Origin: Candidatus Latescibacterota bacterium
GTDB lineage: Bacteria > Latescibacterota > UBA2968 > GCA-2709665
NCBI GenBank assembly: GCA_965219995.1
Contig: CBDCOX010000002.1
Coordinates: 480,001 to 544,000 of the forward strand
Length of the DNA: 64,000 nucleotides
Direction: 5' to 3'
Part shown: positions 1-10,993 of the stretch, one piece after another
Numbering within the stretch: position 1 is the stretch's first letter
Layout of the letters: every line of letters begins with the position of its first letter
Notes under the pieces: model-generated
What the model was told of the DNA's origin: nothing
Seen by the model: only the letters and a program-made list of their open reading frames with translations
The model's database searches: none
Position numbers and translations under genes: made by a program

Positions 1-265
1 CAAGGTCGATAACGTCATCGTGGATCAACGTCGCCGTGTGGATGATTTCAATGCCGGCGGCGGCATCCACCACCCTGTCGGAACATCGTCCGATGGCCTG
101 TGCGGTAAGTAGAGAAAGAGCCGGACGAATGATCTTGCCCTTCGTCGTCAGTATATGACTGCCCATGGCCTGAACCAGGTTGACATCGGAGGCCAGCGTT
201 TCCGTGAATCGCCTTTCGAAACGCCGGATCTGGGGCTGAATGGGCTGAAGAATCTGATCTAACAT
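1..265 (-). CDS. Polyprenyl synthetase family protein (IspB/HepT-like), truncated by window edge
   Basis: Absent from the ORF track. Manual translation from ATG at 265 gives MLDQILQPIQ...KGKIIRPALSLL...AAAGIEIIHTATLIHDDVIDL, containing the GKxxRP motif and the first aspartate-rich motif DDxxD. Confidence 0.9.
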   Translation of the reverse strand, partial: MLDQILQPIQPQIRRFERRFTETLASDVNLVQAMGSHILTTKGKIIRPALSLLTAQAIGRCSDRVVDAAAGIEIIHTATLIHDDVIDL

Positions 266-368
266 AGGGCTTCAGGATGGCGGTGTGCGAACCGGAGATC
301 AACCTTCGGATGCTGACGTTGGAAGATTGGGATAAGACCTTCCAACGTAACAAAAACGAGCGGTTTTG

Positions 369-3104
369 TCAATCATTAGCTGGATGTTCGGTACTGACGC
401 TGGATACGATTTCCCATGTTCTGGCGGGTACGGCATCGTACCCGATACCGCCGCGTTTGGTATAGACGCGGGCCGATCGGTCGTCTGATTCGACGTGAAG
501 AATGGGAAAGCCCGTGTCATAGGGGCCGCCCCGGACCAGCAGCGTGCCGCCGACCGGACGCCGTTCGGCCAGCGGCCGGTCGATCCGGTACAGGCTGTTG
601 ACGTTGTCCGTGTTCACGTCCGAAATTGTGCCGCGCAGAACCGGATCCTGAAGTTCGAGCACGTGGTCGTTCAGGCCGGACGTCGTTCCGCCGATAAGAT
701 ATGCGAACGTCAGTTTTCCCTCGGACGTCAGGGAGAATACGGTAACGCGGCCATTCGATTCGAGGGAACCTTCCGGAAAGTCGAAAACAGCCTTTCGACC
801 CTCCCGGCAGACCGCCACGAGATCGGTGCCCGATGCGTGCACGACCCGGACACCCACGGCATCGCGGTTCGCGGAATCCACGCGCTCCACCGACGCAATG
901 AACGGACGGGGACGGGGACTGACGTCGAAGAGGCCAACATATACGCTGTCGGCGGGGGCGCCGGTCCGGCGGCGGATGACGTACGGGACCGTCTCCCCGG
1001 TCAGGACGTTGTCGCGTGAGCCGGTGCCCCGTTCGCCCCACCCCTGACCGACAAGCACCTGCTCCAGGCCATCCGGCATCGCGTAGGCGGTGAACCGCTG
1101 GCCGCCCCGGTCGAAGTGGATGGACCACGGAGTGTCTGCGGGAGCGGCCGCCACGTTCTCCAGATCGTGCCAGGCGGCGTCGGTCGGCTGAAGCTCCAGA
1201 TTCCGTAGTGTGCCTTCCGCCGCCGGACCGTGGAAGAGATAATCGTGAACACGGCCGCCGTTGACGCAGAAACAGTCGAGCAGATAGCTGCCCCCGGCGC
1301 CGTGGTCGATGACGGCGCACAGGCGGCGATAGGTGTCGATATCGTAAGCCCGGGAAGAGACCTCGGCAACCTTTACGGGTCCGCCGCTGTCGAACAGGTG
1401 GAGGCTGCCGCCCCGCCCGTCGCGCTTCTGGTCCTGCTCGTCAACGATCACGGTGTTGTGTGCGATGGATCGAACGGTATTGTACTTGTCGGGCCGGTCC
1501 CAGAGGTATCCGAGGTCGGTCAGGGCTTCGTACCCGTCCTTCCAGTAAACGAGGTTCAGACTGTCCTCGTGGTGGTGCCCACCCCAATCCGAGGCGCTTA
1601 GAAGCGCGGTACTCGCGCGTCCGCGTTCGCCGGTGCGCAGGAGGCCGATGCGCAGGGCGGGAAAGAACCGGTCGGTCAGGACGAGGGGCGCCGACGGGTC
1701 GGCCTTCAGGTCCGGGGCGCGGTGAAAGAGGGCGTACTCGCCGCCGTGATTGTCCAGATCGAATTCGCACAGTTCGGCGAGGAGGGCGACGTGGTTCGCG
1801 CCGCCGTATCGGGCGGCGATGATATCGGCAATTTCGACGGACATCCTGCACGCGGTCACGTCGTCCGCGATGACGCCATAGCCCAGATCGGGCATCGGAC
1901 TGGCGACGTATCCTTCAAGAACGGCCCTGTAACGGCTGTCGCCGTAGATGTCCAGTTCCTGCCGGCGGCCTTCCGGCGAGGCGGAGTCCGCGGGGAAGGA
2001 GTACCCATGCGCCGCATCGGCGAAATGCCGAATGCCGTTGAGGGTCATGAATCCGTATCCGGGCGATTCGGAACTCATGCCGTCTTCAAGAAACCAGTCG
2101 TAGACGAAATGATTGAACCCGTCCAGGCCGAAACGGACCAGATCCGGTTCGTCGAGACAAAGGCCGACAAGGCCCGCGGCAGAGCGGTTGGTGGCGCTCT
2201 TGTTATTGAAATTCGGATCCGCGAGCAGAAGGATCGTACTTTCAAGCAGGAGATCGCGTTCGATCTTTCGACAAACGACCGGGGTGTACACGGGTCGGCC
2301 GTCGGCCTCCGCGCCGCGCGTGAGGTCGTAGGCGACGGTGACGTCCGAGACGAACGTGCCTTCCATGCCCACGCCCGTGGCGCGTCCGGCCATCCAGTAC
2401 CCCACGTGCAGTTTGCCGTCCGGCCGGTTTGGAGGCACCACCAGTTCCGGCCTGGGCAGATCCAGGATATTTTTCGCGGCGATCTCAACCGGCGCGTCCG
2501 AGAACTCGCCGTACCCGGAGTGAACCATATAGCCGGGATAAACCTCGGCGAATCGCAGGAGGATATCCCTGGCGTTCTCGGCGTGTCGGACCTCCTGCGT
2601 CAGGACGTAGGCCAGCGCACACTGACGCGCCATTCGCGCCATATACTCGCATTTGCGGGCGCGGATGTTGGCGGTCCATGACGAGACGAAGGGAAACCCG
2701 ATGAGGTCCCAGTGTCTGCCCGTGTAGTATGTGATTTCCTGACCCCCGCCGAAGTCGGTCCTGAACACGACCTCTTCCGGGAATTCCGAATTGGGATAGA
2801 CGGTCCTGCAGGTCGTGCAGACCAGTTGATCGGGACTCTCCGGTTTCCATTCATAGTGTCCGTGTATCGGGGCCGCTTCGCACACGGGGCACATGGTAAA
2901 CAGTTCGCTGTTTGGCGTTTCCCGGGGAATCCATTGCTTCAGATCGTCTGCCGTCGTGTGGCGTATTGTCGCCACCGCCTCCAGGAGATTTTCCAGAAAC
3001 CGCTGCGCCCACACGCGGCGCTCGATGTTTTCGCGCGCGACTTCCAGATCCTGTGACTTGAAAAGGGTCCTGGGGTGTCGTACTGGATTGGCATGGGTCT
3101 CCAT
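369..3104 (-). CDS. Heparinase II/III-like polysaccharide lyase family protein (about 911 aa)
   Basis: Start moved to METHANP (3104) because the ORF-track extension overlaps the aldolase. Motifs: HPRTLF, DG.S.ESPGY, GHHHEDSLNL, AHNTVIVD. CPVC...CTTC near the N-terminus. Confidence 0.8.
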   Translation of the reverse strand: METHANPVRHPRTLFKSQDLEVARENIERRVWAQRFLENLLEAVATIRHTTADDLKQWIPRETPNSELFTMCPVCEAAPIHGHYEWKPESPDQLVCTTCRTVYPNSEFPEEVVFRTDFGGGQEITYYTGRHWDLIGFPFVSSWTANIRARKCEYMARMARQCALAYVLTQEVRHAENARDILLRFAEVYPGYMVHSGYGEFSDAPVEIAAKNILDLPRPELVVPPNRPDGKLHVGYWMAGRATGVGMEGTFVSDVTVAYDLTRGAEADGRPVYTPVVCRKIERDLLLESTILLLADPNFNNKSATNRSAAGLVGLCLDEPDLVRFGLDGFNHFVYDWFLEDGMSSESPGYGFMTLNGIRHFADAAHGYSFPADSASPEGRRQELDIYGDSRYRAVLEGYVASPMPDLGYGVIADDVTACRMSVEIADIIAARYGGANHVALLAELCEFDLDNHGGEYALFHRAPDLKADPSAPLVLTDRFFPALRIGLLRTGERGRASTALLSASDWGGHHHEDSLNLVYWKDGYEALTDLGYLWDRPDKYNTVRSIAHNTVIVDEQDQKRDGRGGSLHLFDSGGPVKVAEVSSRAYDIDTYRRLCAVIDHGAGGSYLLDCFCVNGGRVHDYLFHGPAAEGTLRNLELQPTDAAWHDLENVAAAPADTPWSIHFDRGGQRFTAYAMPDGLEQVLVGQGWGERGTGSRDNVLTGETVPYVIRRRTGAPADSVYVGLFDVSPRPRPFIASVERVDSANRDAVGVRVVHASGTDLVAVCREGRKAVFDFPEGSLESNGRVTVFSLTSEGKLTFAYLIGGTTSGLNDHVLELQDPVLRGTISDVNTDNVNSLYRIDRPLAERRPVGGTLLVRGGPYDTGFPILHVESDDRSARVYTKRGGIGYDAVPARTWEIVSSVSTEHPAND

Positions 3105-3217
3105 AGCGCTCTCGCTTCGTGTCTGACTTGGAACTTCCGGGGTACTGCCTCTGATGGGTTGCTGAATCTCGGCAGGCGGGTGAGCCGGGACGCTGCGCAC
3201 CGTCGCCGCCAGGTCTG

Positions 3218-3964
3218 TTATCCACGCGCACGACCCAGGTAATCGGCCGCCCCGGCGGCGATCCAGGGTCCTATATTGGTCAACAGAAAGCGTGCGCCAA
3301 GGCCTATGTACTTCTCCACGTTGTCGTTTCCGGTCAGGGTGCCAGGCGTGCGCCCCGCGTCCCTGATGCGGGCCAGGGTCTCGTCGACCGTGCATTGAAC
3401 GTCGGGATGGTCGTTGTTTCCGATATGGCCCATTGAGGCGGCCAGATCCGACGGAGCGACAAAGAACACGTCAATATGATCCACCACGAGGATGGCGTCC
3501 AGGTTCCGGACCGCGGCGATATCCTCGATGAGCACGACAAGAAGCGTCTCGTCGTTCGCGGCGTGCAGGTAGTCGGGTACGCCATAGCCCTGACGGCTGG
3601 TGAAGAGGCCGCGTTTGCCCGCTGGCGCGAATTTGCCGCCGTAGACGACATTGCGCGCCTCCGCTTCCGTGTTGACGTGGGGTACGACGATGCCCTGCGC
3701 GCCCCGGTCCAGGGTGCGGTATATCAGGGCCTGATCGTTTCGGTTGACCCGGACGATCGAGGACATGCCCCAGATGTCGCAAGCCCTCGTGAGGTTGCCG
3801 AGGTCGGCCGCGTTTACGGGACCGTGTTCTCCTTCCAGCCAGACGCCGTCGAAGCCGGTATGGCCGAAGGCGTCGATGTCGTCGGGATGTGTCAGACCGC
3901 CTGCGACGCAAGCGATTCCGCCGTCGGCGAGTGTTCGTTTGACTCGGTTGGGTCGGATGGTCAA
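3218..3964 (-). CDS. HpcH/HpaI aldolase family protein
   Basis: GFDGVWLEGEHG, LDRGAQGIVVPHV, LIED and FVAPSDLAASMG motifs; TTG start. Confidence 0.9.
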   Translation of the reverse strand: MTIRPNRVKRTLADGGIACVAGGLTHPDDIDAFGHTGFDGVWLEGEHGPVNAADLGNLTRACDIWGMSSIVRVNRNDQALIYRTLDRGAQGIVVPHVNTEAEARNVVYGGKFAPAGKRGLFTSRQGYGVPDYLHAANDETLLVVLIEDIAAVRNLDAILVVDHIDVFFVAPSDLAASMGHIGNNDHPDVQCTVDETLARIRDAGRTPGTLTGNDNVEKYIGLGARFLLTNIGPWIAAGAADYLGRARG

Positions 3965-4040
3965 GAGCGATTCTCCTTATCGTGTGGAACCCACGGCGTG
4001 CGGCGGCTGGAGACCCGAACGGGTCTTGCGCGGGGATTCG

Positions 4041-4805
4041 TTAGAGATCGATACTTACGGGAGCATGGTCCGAAACGCTAAGCCCGGACCGGCGGTGTAC
4101 CGCGGCGGTACGGAAACGTCCGGCGACCGCGGCATTGCCGAGCAGGTAGTCGATTCGCCAGCCCCGATCCAGTTCGCGGGCCCTCCCGCGATTGGACCAC
4201 CAGGAGTAGGGCCCGTGCACGTCTCCGAAATGCTGCCGGACAAAGTCGTTCCAGCCCGCGGCCAGCAGGTCGGTCATCCACTGCCTTTCGTGGGGCAGGA
4301 ATCCCGAGTTTTTTTCGTTCCCTTTGGCATAGAAAATGTCTCTCTCCGTGTGAGCGATATTGAAGTCGCCGCCGAGAATCACGGGCTCGTCCCGCTGCGT
4401 GTATTGCTTTGACCAGGGCAGAAACCTGGCCATCCAGAGGTCTTCCTTGATTTTCTGACGGTCTTCGCTGGATGAGCCGGACGGAAGGTACACGTTGACC
4501 ACCCGGACGCCGTTTACCCGCGCGTGTAGGATGCGTCCTTCCGGATCGGACTCGTGGATCCCCTTGCCGAGGACCTCGATCCGATGGCGGGACCAGATCG
4601 CAACCCCGGAATACCCCTTGCGTTCCGCGGGATGCCAGTGGACATGCCAGCCGGGCGGATTCATCCACCGGCCGGGGAGTTGCTCGGGGAGTGCGCGGAC
4701 TTCCTGAAGCAGGAGCACATCCGGCGCGATTCGTCGGACGTGTCGGGCAAAGCCCTTGCGGAGTGCGGCGCGGAGGCCGTTCACGTTCCAGGTGGTAATT
4801 CGCAT
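4041..4805 (-). CDS. xth: Exodeoxyribonuclease III / AP endonuclease
   Basis: MRITTWNVNGLRA, LQE, GDFNIAH, GWRIDY and SDHAPV motifs; start moved to ATG 4805. Confidence 0.95.
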   Translation of the reverse strand: MRITTWNVNGLRAALRKGFARHVRRIAPDVLLLQEVRALPEQLPGRWMNPPGWHVHWHPAERKGYSGVAIWSRHRIEVLGKGIHESDPEGRILHARVNGVRVVNVYLPSGSSSEDRQKIKEDLWMARFLPWSKQYTQRDEPVILGGDFNIAHTERDIFYAKGNEKNSGFLPHERQWMTDLLAAGWNDFVRQHFGDVHGPYSWWSNRGRARELDRGWRIDYLLGNAAVAGRFRTAAVHRRSGLSVSDHAPVSIDL

Positions 4806-4878
4806 AGGACGGTAGCGGTCCGGATGTACTTTGTCGACGGGCAGGTTGGGTGTGAGGCCGATATCGGCTTGCCGGAGG

Positions 4879-6750
4879 CTAAGCGAGGGATGTGTCAACG
4901 CTCAGCGATTGTTTCCCCCGGGAGATGGTGATTCGGCCGTCTTCGGGTCGTATTGCCACGTCTGCCGTGTCGCAGCCAATGCCGAAGGCAACGGCGAACC
5001 TGGCGCGTCCGGGTTGCAGTTCGGTCTCGATCTTAAGGTATTCGATTTCCAGACTCTCGGCATCCCCGTGCCCGGGTTTCAGATCCCTGTGTCTGCCGGT
5101 GGCGAACAAGGCGTCCGACGGGGCCAGCAGCCGGGCGTTCACAACCGATTCCGCTGTCGCGATCACGGCCGAAGACCCCGAAACCTGTGCCGTCCCGGAA
5201 AAGTGAACCCGGGATTCCATACGAGTCGTGTCCGTTACTTCGATCTCGTCAACGACGACAAAAAGCGCGGGCCGCAGGAAGACGTAATGGCGGACAAAGA
5301 TCGACAGTTTGTCGATGCCGTAAGCCGGGGCGATGGAAGCCCGGAGGTAATCATGCGCGCCGGTGAATTCGACCTTCTCTACGATTCCGACGAGACGTCG
5401 TTCATCGGGTTGACCCTGCCCGTCGAAGAGCGGCAGATTGTGACCGTGGGTCGATTTGAAGATCCATTCGCCGGGGTCCCCGTAGCGCCCGATGCCCAGT
5501 TCGCGCACGACGGTCCTCCGGCCGGCGTGGATAATATAGTTTCCGACGTCGGCGTGGCCGTGGGGCTCGACCGTCGCGCCGATCTTCAACGCCAGGACCG
5601 GGGCGTCGGGATCCTCCCATGACCCTCGCATGACGCACCAGCCGGCATCGGGAAAGTAGGCCGACGGGTGGGGAGGGGCGGGGAGTTCCGGAACGGTCCC
5701 GGACGCGTCCCAGAGAAGCTCCGCCAGTTTGATGGACGGCCGGCGTTCGGTTGTGAGCCGGTCGAAGTACGCCGCGGCGCGGTTGTCATATTCCAGTGCG
5801 AATTTGCGGAAAGCCATGCCATCGGGGAAGTGTTTGCCGCAGTCGGCGAAATTGACCACGCGATCGGGCGGGAGAAAGCAGTTGATAGGAAAGTCGACCG
5901 TACGTTCGAGTTTGGGATGATCGTAGAGATTGATCTGCCCGCGGGTGAGTCGTCTGAGCGCGTCGGAGAGGGGAAAGGACGTACTGATGCCGTAATTCCA
6001 GTATCCCGGACCCTCTTTCCAGGAGCCATCGTTCTGAATGGCGTCGTAGAACTTCGTGACGCGTTCGACGCACTCCCGAACAACGCCGAGCATGGCTTCG
6101 CGAGGCCGGATTCCCGTCCGAAGGTGGACGTGCTTTGCGTCGAGCAGGGCCAGGGCGCACAGACCCATGTTGGAGACGCACACGGAACACCAGTTGCTGT
6201 CGTATCTCGACGCCCAGAAATGGTGTTGCATGCCCCCGATGCAATGGCCCAGTCCGCGCGCGAAGATCATGAATTCGAGCTCACGACGCTGATTTTCGGA
6301 AAGCGCATCGTAGAGCAGGTCGTACGCGGCCGCGAAACTGGTACAGGTATGGCTGCCGTCCAGATCCAGAAGCATGAATTCGTGGACCGGGTGGACCCAC
6401 GAAGGCCAGCTCATGATTGAAGTGAGCCCTTCCCAGGCCTTTTCGAAATAGGCCCGGTCCCGGTCGACCGCATAGGCCAGTACATAATCCTCAAGGAGAT
6501 TCCGGGCCTCGGCGGACAGCCGGCTGTATGATTCCCAGACGCCGTTCCGGTAGCTTTCCTCTCGGGGTGGCGGCGTCGGGAACGGTTGATCCAGTCGGGC
6601 GTCGAGTCGTTTGCGCGTCTGTGTGTAAACCTCCGCGTGGGAGCCGTCCAGGCAGAACTCCCGAATGCGTTCCAGGTCGGAACCGGAGAAATAGAGGTAG
6701 GGATGTACCAGTGTTTCGGGAATGAGGCGGTCGACGTCGGGAACGGTCAT
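4879..6750 (-). CDS. Heparinase II/III family protein (DUF4962-like N-terminus)
   Basis: HPYLYF, SNW, DGSWKEGPGYWNYG, NFADC, HGHAD and HNLPLFDG motifs. Confidence 0.85.
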   Translation of the reverse strand: MTVPDVDRLIPETLVHPYLYFSGSDLERIREFCLDGSHAEVYTQTRKRLDARLDQPFPTPPPREESYRNGVWESYSRLSAEARNLLEDYVLAYAVDRDRAYFEKAWEGLTSIMSWPSWVHPVHEFMLLDLDGSHTCTSFAAAYDLLYDALSENQRRELEFMIFARGLGHCIGGMQHHFWASRYDSNWCSVCVSNMGLCALALLDAKHVHLRTGIRPREAMLGVVRECVERVTKFYDAIQNDGSWKEGPGYWNYGISTSFPLSDALRRLTRGQINLYDHPKLERTVDFPINCFLPPDRVVNFADCGKHFPDGMAFRKFALEYDNRAAAYFDRLTTERRPSIKLAELLWDASGTVPELPAPPHPSAYFPDAGWCVMRGSWEDPDAPVLALKIGATVEPHGHADVGNYIIHAGRRTVVRELGIGRYGDPGEWIFKSTHGHNLPLFDGQGQPDERRLVGIVEKVEFTGAHDYLRASIAPAYGIDKLSIFVRHYVFLRPALFVVVDEIEVTDTTRMESRVHFSGTAQVSGSSAVIATAESVVNARLLAPSDALFATGRHRDLKPGHGDAESLEIEYLKIETELQPGRARFAVAFGIGCDTADVAIRPEDGRITISRGKQSLSVDTSLA

Positions 6751-6840
6751 TGAAACTCCTGATTGCCGGGAACCGGGCAGGTGCCTCCGGTCGCCGCCAG
6801 CGCGGGGTCTCGAGGCCCGTTTTTCGTGGATTCGTGCGCT

Positions 6841-6869
6841 AATATAGCGATCGGAGATTTGGGGGTCAA
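6841..6869 (-). promoter_or_regulatory. sigma70-type promoter for the heparinase-like gene
   Basis: TTGACC-17 nt-TATATT on the minus strand. Confidence 0.55.
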
Positions 6870-6897
6870 GCAGATGTAAGAAAGGGGAGGGAGTCCG

Positions 6898-7773
6898 CTA
6901 CGTGCGCTTTCTTGCCAGAAGAACCCGTTCTGTTCCCGTCAGGTCGGGGACAGTCCGTTCATGGCTTAGCACGGACGACTGCGACAGCAATTGCACCACG
7001 TCTGCCGCGGTGCCGTCGGCCACTTCGAGAGCCAGCCAGCCGCCCTGGTACAGGAGCGCTGGCGCCCGCGCGATGATCGAACGGTGGAAGGCCAGCCCGT
7101 CCGGCCCGCCATCCAGTGCGAGCGGCGGATCGAAGCATCGGACTTCGGGCTGAAGGACCCGCAGGTCATGGGAAGCGACGTAAGGGGGGTTTGAGACAAT
7201 CGCGTGGAATACGGCCCGGGTCCGGAACGCGGAAAGGAGGTCTGCACAGACGAATGCGATCCGGCGACTGACGGCATTGCGCCGAGCGTTTCGGACTGCA
7301 AGGCGCAGGGCTTTCGGGGAAACGTCGGCGGCCACGAGGCGGCTTCGCGGGAGCGCATACGCGAGCGCGACGGCGATGGGTCCGGCGCCGGTGCCAATAT
7401 CCAGGATCCGTGTTCCGGCGTCGGCATCCAGGCAGTCGACAAGCGTTTCTACCAGAATTTCGGTTTCGGGACGGGGAATGAGCGCGTCGGGGCCGACGTG
7501 GAACGGCAGCGAGAAGAATTCGGTCTCGCCCAGCAGGTGCTGAAGCGGCACACGCATGCGCCGTCGATGAACAAGGTCTTGAAGGCGCGCATGCTGCGCC
7601 GGCGTGAGCCGGCTCCGCGCATTCGCGTAGATGCCGGATCGGCCGGTGTTCAGAACCGCTGCAAGCAGCCACTCGGCGTCCGCGCGCGCGTCCGGCACAC
7701 CGGCCTCCGCGAGGTTTCGCTCCGCGCCGGCGAGGGCGTCGGAGATGGCAGGCGGAGTGGAACGTTCGGCCAT
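6898..7773 (-). CDS. prmC: Release factor glutamine methyltransferase
   Basis: ALIPRPETE, LDIGTGAG and SNPPY motifs; directly follows prfA; start set at MAERSTP (7773). Confidence 0.95.
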   Translation of the reverse strand: MAERSTPPAISDALAGAERNLAEAGVPDARADAEWLLAAVLNTGRSGIYANARSRLTPAQHARLQDLVHRRRMRVPLQHLLGETEFFSLPFHVGPDALIPRPETEILVETLVDCLDADAGTRILDIGTGAGPIAVALAYALPRSRLVAADVSPKALRLAVRNARRNAVSRRIAFVCADLLSAFRTRAVFHAIVSNPPYVASHDLRVLQPEVRCFDPPLALDGGPDGLAFHRSIIARAPALLYQGGWLALEVADGTAADVVQLLSQSSVLSHERTVPDLTGTERVLLARKRT

Positions 7774-7808
7774 GTTCTTCCCGTCGAGGCCCCCTGGACG
7801 GGTCGGCA

Positions 7809-8897
7809 TCAGGCGGAAATGGCGGGTTTCTGCTCGCTGTCGTTGATTTTCTCGGTATGATCGGCCAGGCGCAGGGCGTTGATCAGTTCGTCCAGGTTGC
7901 CCCCGAGCGTCTCTTCGAGCTTGTGCAACGTCAGCTTGATCCGGTGGTCGGTGACCCGCCCCTGGGGGAAATTGTAGGTGCGAATCTTCGCGCTGCGGTC
8001 CCCGGTACCCACCTGAGCCCGCCGGCTTCGCGACGTTGTGTCCCGCTGCTCCTGGACGGCGCGGTCCAGGAGCCGGGCGCGGAGAACTTTTATAGCTTTG
8101 GCCTTGTTCTTGTGCTGGGATTTCTCGTCCTGGCACTGTACGATCAGGCCGGTGGGAAGGTGCGTAATTCGGACGGCCGAATCGGTCGTATTGACGCTCT
8201 GGCCTCCCGGCCCCGAGGAACGGTAGACGTCAACCCGTATCTCTTCCGGGTTGATTGCGATATCCACTTCTTCCGCCTCCGGCAGGACAGCGACCGTGGA
8301 CGTGGACGTGTGGATGCGCCCGCTGGATTCGGTCTCGGGAATTCGCTGAACCCGGTGGACGCCGCTTTCGTACTTCAGATTGCCGTAGACATCGCTTCCA
8401 CCAACCGAGAAGATGACTTCCTTGAACCCGCCGATGCCCGTCGGGTTGGCGCTGAGGAGTTCGGCGCGCCACCCCTTCGACTCGGAGTAGCGGGTATACA
8501 TCCTGTACAGATCGGCGGCAAACAGGGCAGCCTCCTCGCCCCCGGCTCCGGCGCGAATCTCCACGATTGTGTTTTTGCTGTCATTGGGGTCTCTGGGGAC
8601 CAGTAGGAACTGAAGTTTCCCGGCGAGTCTGGCTTCATCCTGCTCGAGTTCGGTACGTTCCTCGCGGGCGATTTCAACCAGCTCGGCGTCGTTCGAATCC
8701 CGGATGATTTCTCCCGCTTCCTCCAGGTTCGCTGCGACTTGCCGATATTCGCGATAGGTGTTGACGATTTCTTCCAGACCGCGAAACGCCATCGTGAGTT
8801 CCCTGAATCTGTCGGGACTGGCCGCAACGTCGGGCCGCGCCATTTCCGCGCGGATCTCTTCGAAACGTTTTTCCACGTCTGACAGTTGACCGAACAT
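7809..8897 (-). CDS. prfA: Peptide chain release factor 1
   Basis: GVHRVQRIPETE (PxT) and GPGGQSVNTTDSAVR (GGQ) motifs. Confidence 0.98.
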   Translation of the reverse strand: MFGQLSDVEKRFEEIRAEMARPDVAASPDRFRELTMAFRGLEEIVNTYREYRQVAANLEEAGEIIRDSNDAELVEIAREERTELEQDEARLAGKLQFLLVPRDPNDSKNTIVEIRAGAGGEEAALFAADLYRMYTRYSESKGWRAELLSANPTGIGGFKEVIFSVGGSDVYGNLKYESGVHRVQRIPETESSGRIHTSTSTVAVLPEAEEVDIAINPEEIRVDVYRSSGPGGQSVNTTDSAVRITHLPTGLIVQCQDEKSQHKNKAKAIKVLRARLLDRAVQEQRDTTSRSRRAQVGTGDRSAKIRTYNFPQGRVTDHRIKLTLHKLEETLGGNLDELINALRLADHTEKINDSEQKPAISA

Positions 8898-9029
8898 GCG
8901 ACTCCCTCATCCGTTTTTCATAAGGCACGGTTACAGCCTTACGGAAGGCAACAAAAAAGGCGAAGCGGTACGCACGGCCACCGGCGGGTGGACGATGCCG
9001 TTTCACCTTATTTCAAGAAAGTTCGATTG

Positions 9030-9287
9030 CTAATCTACGGCAGCTTCCGTCGCTTCAGTCGGCTCCGGATCCTCGCCTGCTTCCGCGTCGTTCAAATTGT
9101 ACCGCCGCCGGTAACGCTCTACCATACCCGCGGTGTCCACGAGTCGCTGCTTGCCCGTGTAAAACGGATGACAGTTGGAGCAGATGTCCACCCGAAGGCC
9201 GGGCACGGTCGCCTGGGTCGTGAGTGTATTGCCGCAGGCGCAGGTGATCGTGGTTTCGACGTAGTCGGGATGAATATTCGGTTTCAC
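9030..9287 (-). CDS. rpmE: 50S ribosomal protein L31 (zinc-binding type)
   Basis: GTG start at 9287: MKPNIHPDY...CACG...[14 protein letters not shown]; acidic C-terminal tail. Confidence 0.95.
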   Translation of the reverse strand: MKPNIHPDYVETTITCACGNTLTTQATVPGLRVDICSNCHPFYTGKQRLVDTAGMVERYRRRYNLNDAEAGEDPEPTEATEAAVD

Positions 9288-9454
9288 CTGGCAAGCATCC
9301 TCAGATTCGGATAAGTCGACAACGAACACAGACGCGGAATATAAATAAAAACGAATCCCCACGCAAGAATTTAACGTTCGAACGGGGCCGCCAGATCGCG
9401 GAGCTCGTCCGGGGAGGCGAATCGGCCCGGCGGGAAGGCCCCCGACGGGCGGTT

Positions 9455-10762
9455 TTACAACTGCCTGTTCATTGAATCCAGAAAGGCCTCGTTGTTCCTG
9501 GTGCCGGCCATCTTCTCCTTGAGGAACTCCATGGCTTCCAGAGCGGGCATCTGGTTGAGCAGGCGGCGCAGGATCCAGACCCGGTTGAGTTCCTTTTCGT
9601 CCAGCAAAAGCTCCTCTTTCCGGGTCCCGGACAGCGTCACGTCTATGGCGGGATAGATGCGCCGGTTGCTCAGCCGCCGGTCCAGCTTCAGTTCCATGTT
9701 GCCTGTGCCCTTGAATTCTTCGAAAATGACCTCGTCCATGCGACTTCCCGTTTCGACGAGAGCGGTAGACAGGATGGTCAGGCTGCCGCCCTCTTCGATG
9801 TTTCGCGCGGCGCCGAAGAATCGTTTGGGCCACTGCATGGCGCTGGAGTCGAGGCCGCCGGTCAGGATGCGGCCGCTATGGGGCACGACGTTGTTATACG
9901 CACGGGCGAGGCGCGTGATGCTGTCCAGCAGGATCACGACGTCCTGCTGATGTTCCACCAGGCGCTTGGCCTTTTCGATCACCATGTCCGCGACCTGGAC
10001 GTGCCGTGTCGGCGGTTCGTCGAACGTGGAACTGATGACCTCGCCATTGACGGACCTCAACATGTCCGTGACTTCCTCCGGACGCTCGTCTATAAGGAGC
10101 ACGATGAGGTTGACTTCGGGGTGATTCTGGGTGATGGCGTTGGCTATTTTCTGAAGCAACATGGTCTTGCCGGTAAAGGGAGGGGCGACGATCATGCCGC
10201 GCTGCCCCTTGCCGATGGGGGTGAGCAGGTTCATAATACGCGTTGAGAAGTCGTTGGAATCGTATTCCAGCTTCATGCGCTGCCGCGGATGCAGCGGCGT
10301 GAGGTTGTCGAAAAGAGTCTTCTGCTTGGCCTGTTCCGGATCTTCGAAGTTTACGGCCTCAACGCGAATGAGCGCAAAATACTTCTCGTCGTTCTTCGGC
10401 GGGCGGATCTGTCCCGATATCGTGTCACCCGTGCGAAGATTGAAACGTTTGATCTGCGAATGTGAAACGTAGATGTCGTCGGGCCCGGGGAGATAGTTAT
10501 AATTGGGCGACCGGAGGAATCCGAAGCCGTCCTCCAGGATTTCGAGGACGCCTTTGGCGAGTATCAGCCCGTTCTTCGCGGTCTGTGCCTGGATAATCGC
10601 GAAAATCAATTCCTGTTTCCGCAGGCTTCCGTAGCTCTGGATTTCAAGGCTCTGGGCCAACCTCGCGAGTTCGGAAATGGTCATGTTCTGGAGTTCCAGT
10701 ACTTCCACGCCATTTGCCCGGGGAGGCGTTTTTCGAATTTCCCTGGTTGTTTCGGTTGCCAT
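9455..10762 (-). CDS. rho: Transcription termination factor Rho
   Basis: [33 protein letters not shown] and [11 protein letters not shown] motifs; start set at MATETT (10762). Confidence 0.98.
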   Translation of the reverse strand: MATETTREIRKTPPRANGVEVLELQNMTISELARLAQSLEIQSYGSLRKQELIFAIIQAQTAKNGLILAKGVLEILEDGFGFLRSPNYNYLPGPDDIYVSHSQIKRFNLRTGDTISGQIRPPKNDEKYFALIRVEAVNFEDPEQAKQKTLFDNLTPLHPRQRMKLEYDSNDFSTRIMNLLTPIGKGQRGMIVAPPFTGKTMLLQKIANAITQNHPEVNLIVLLIDERPEEVTDMLRSVNGEVISSTFDEPPTRHVQVADMVIEKAKRLVEHQQDVVILLDSITRLARAYNNVVPHSGRILTGGLDSSAMQWPKRFFGAARNIEEGGSLTILSTALVETGSRMDEVIFEEFKGTGNMELKLDRRLSNRRIYPAIDVTLSGTRKEELLLDEKELNRVWILRRLLNQMPALEAMEFLKEKMAGTRNNEAFLDSMNRQL

Positions 10763-10993
10763 TGGCGGATCCAATTTGCTGGAGTTGCGGAATAGTTGAT
10801 GCGGGCGGTCAATCCTTCGGGGATTCCGGCCGGATTCGGCCCGCCGGGGAGAGCGGCGGATATGTGGATCGGATTTGTGTGACAATAAGGAGGCGGATCG
10901 AGGAAGACCGGGTAACCAGGGATGCCTGAAGCGAGGAGCCGTCTGGTTGTATGCGGTGAAAAAGTGGGAAGGAAGTTGAAGAATACCACCGAA

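Noticed and set aside
48-353. 101-aa minus-strand ORF
   Set aside because: Alternate frame of the polyprenyl synthetase gene starting at 265.
3105-3395. N-terminal extensions in the ORF track (also for prmC, rpmE, rho, the regulator at 12310, PhyH at 32914 and Gfo at 59134)
   Set aside because: They overlap neighbouring genes or are low-complexity; downstream starts fit family lengths and RBS positions better.
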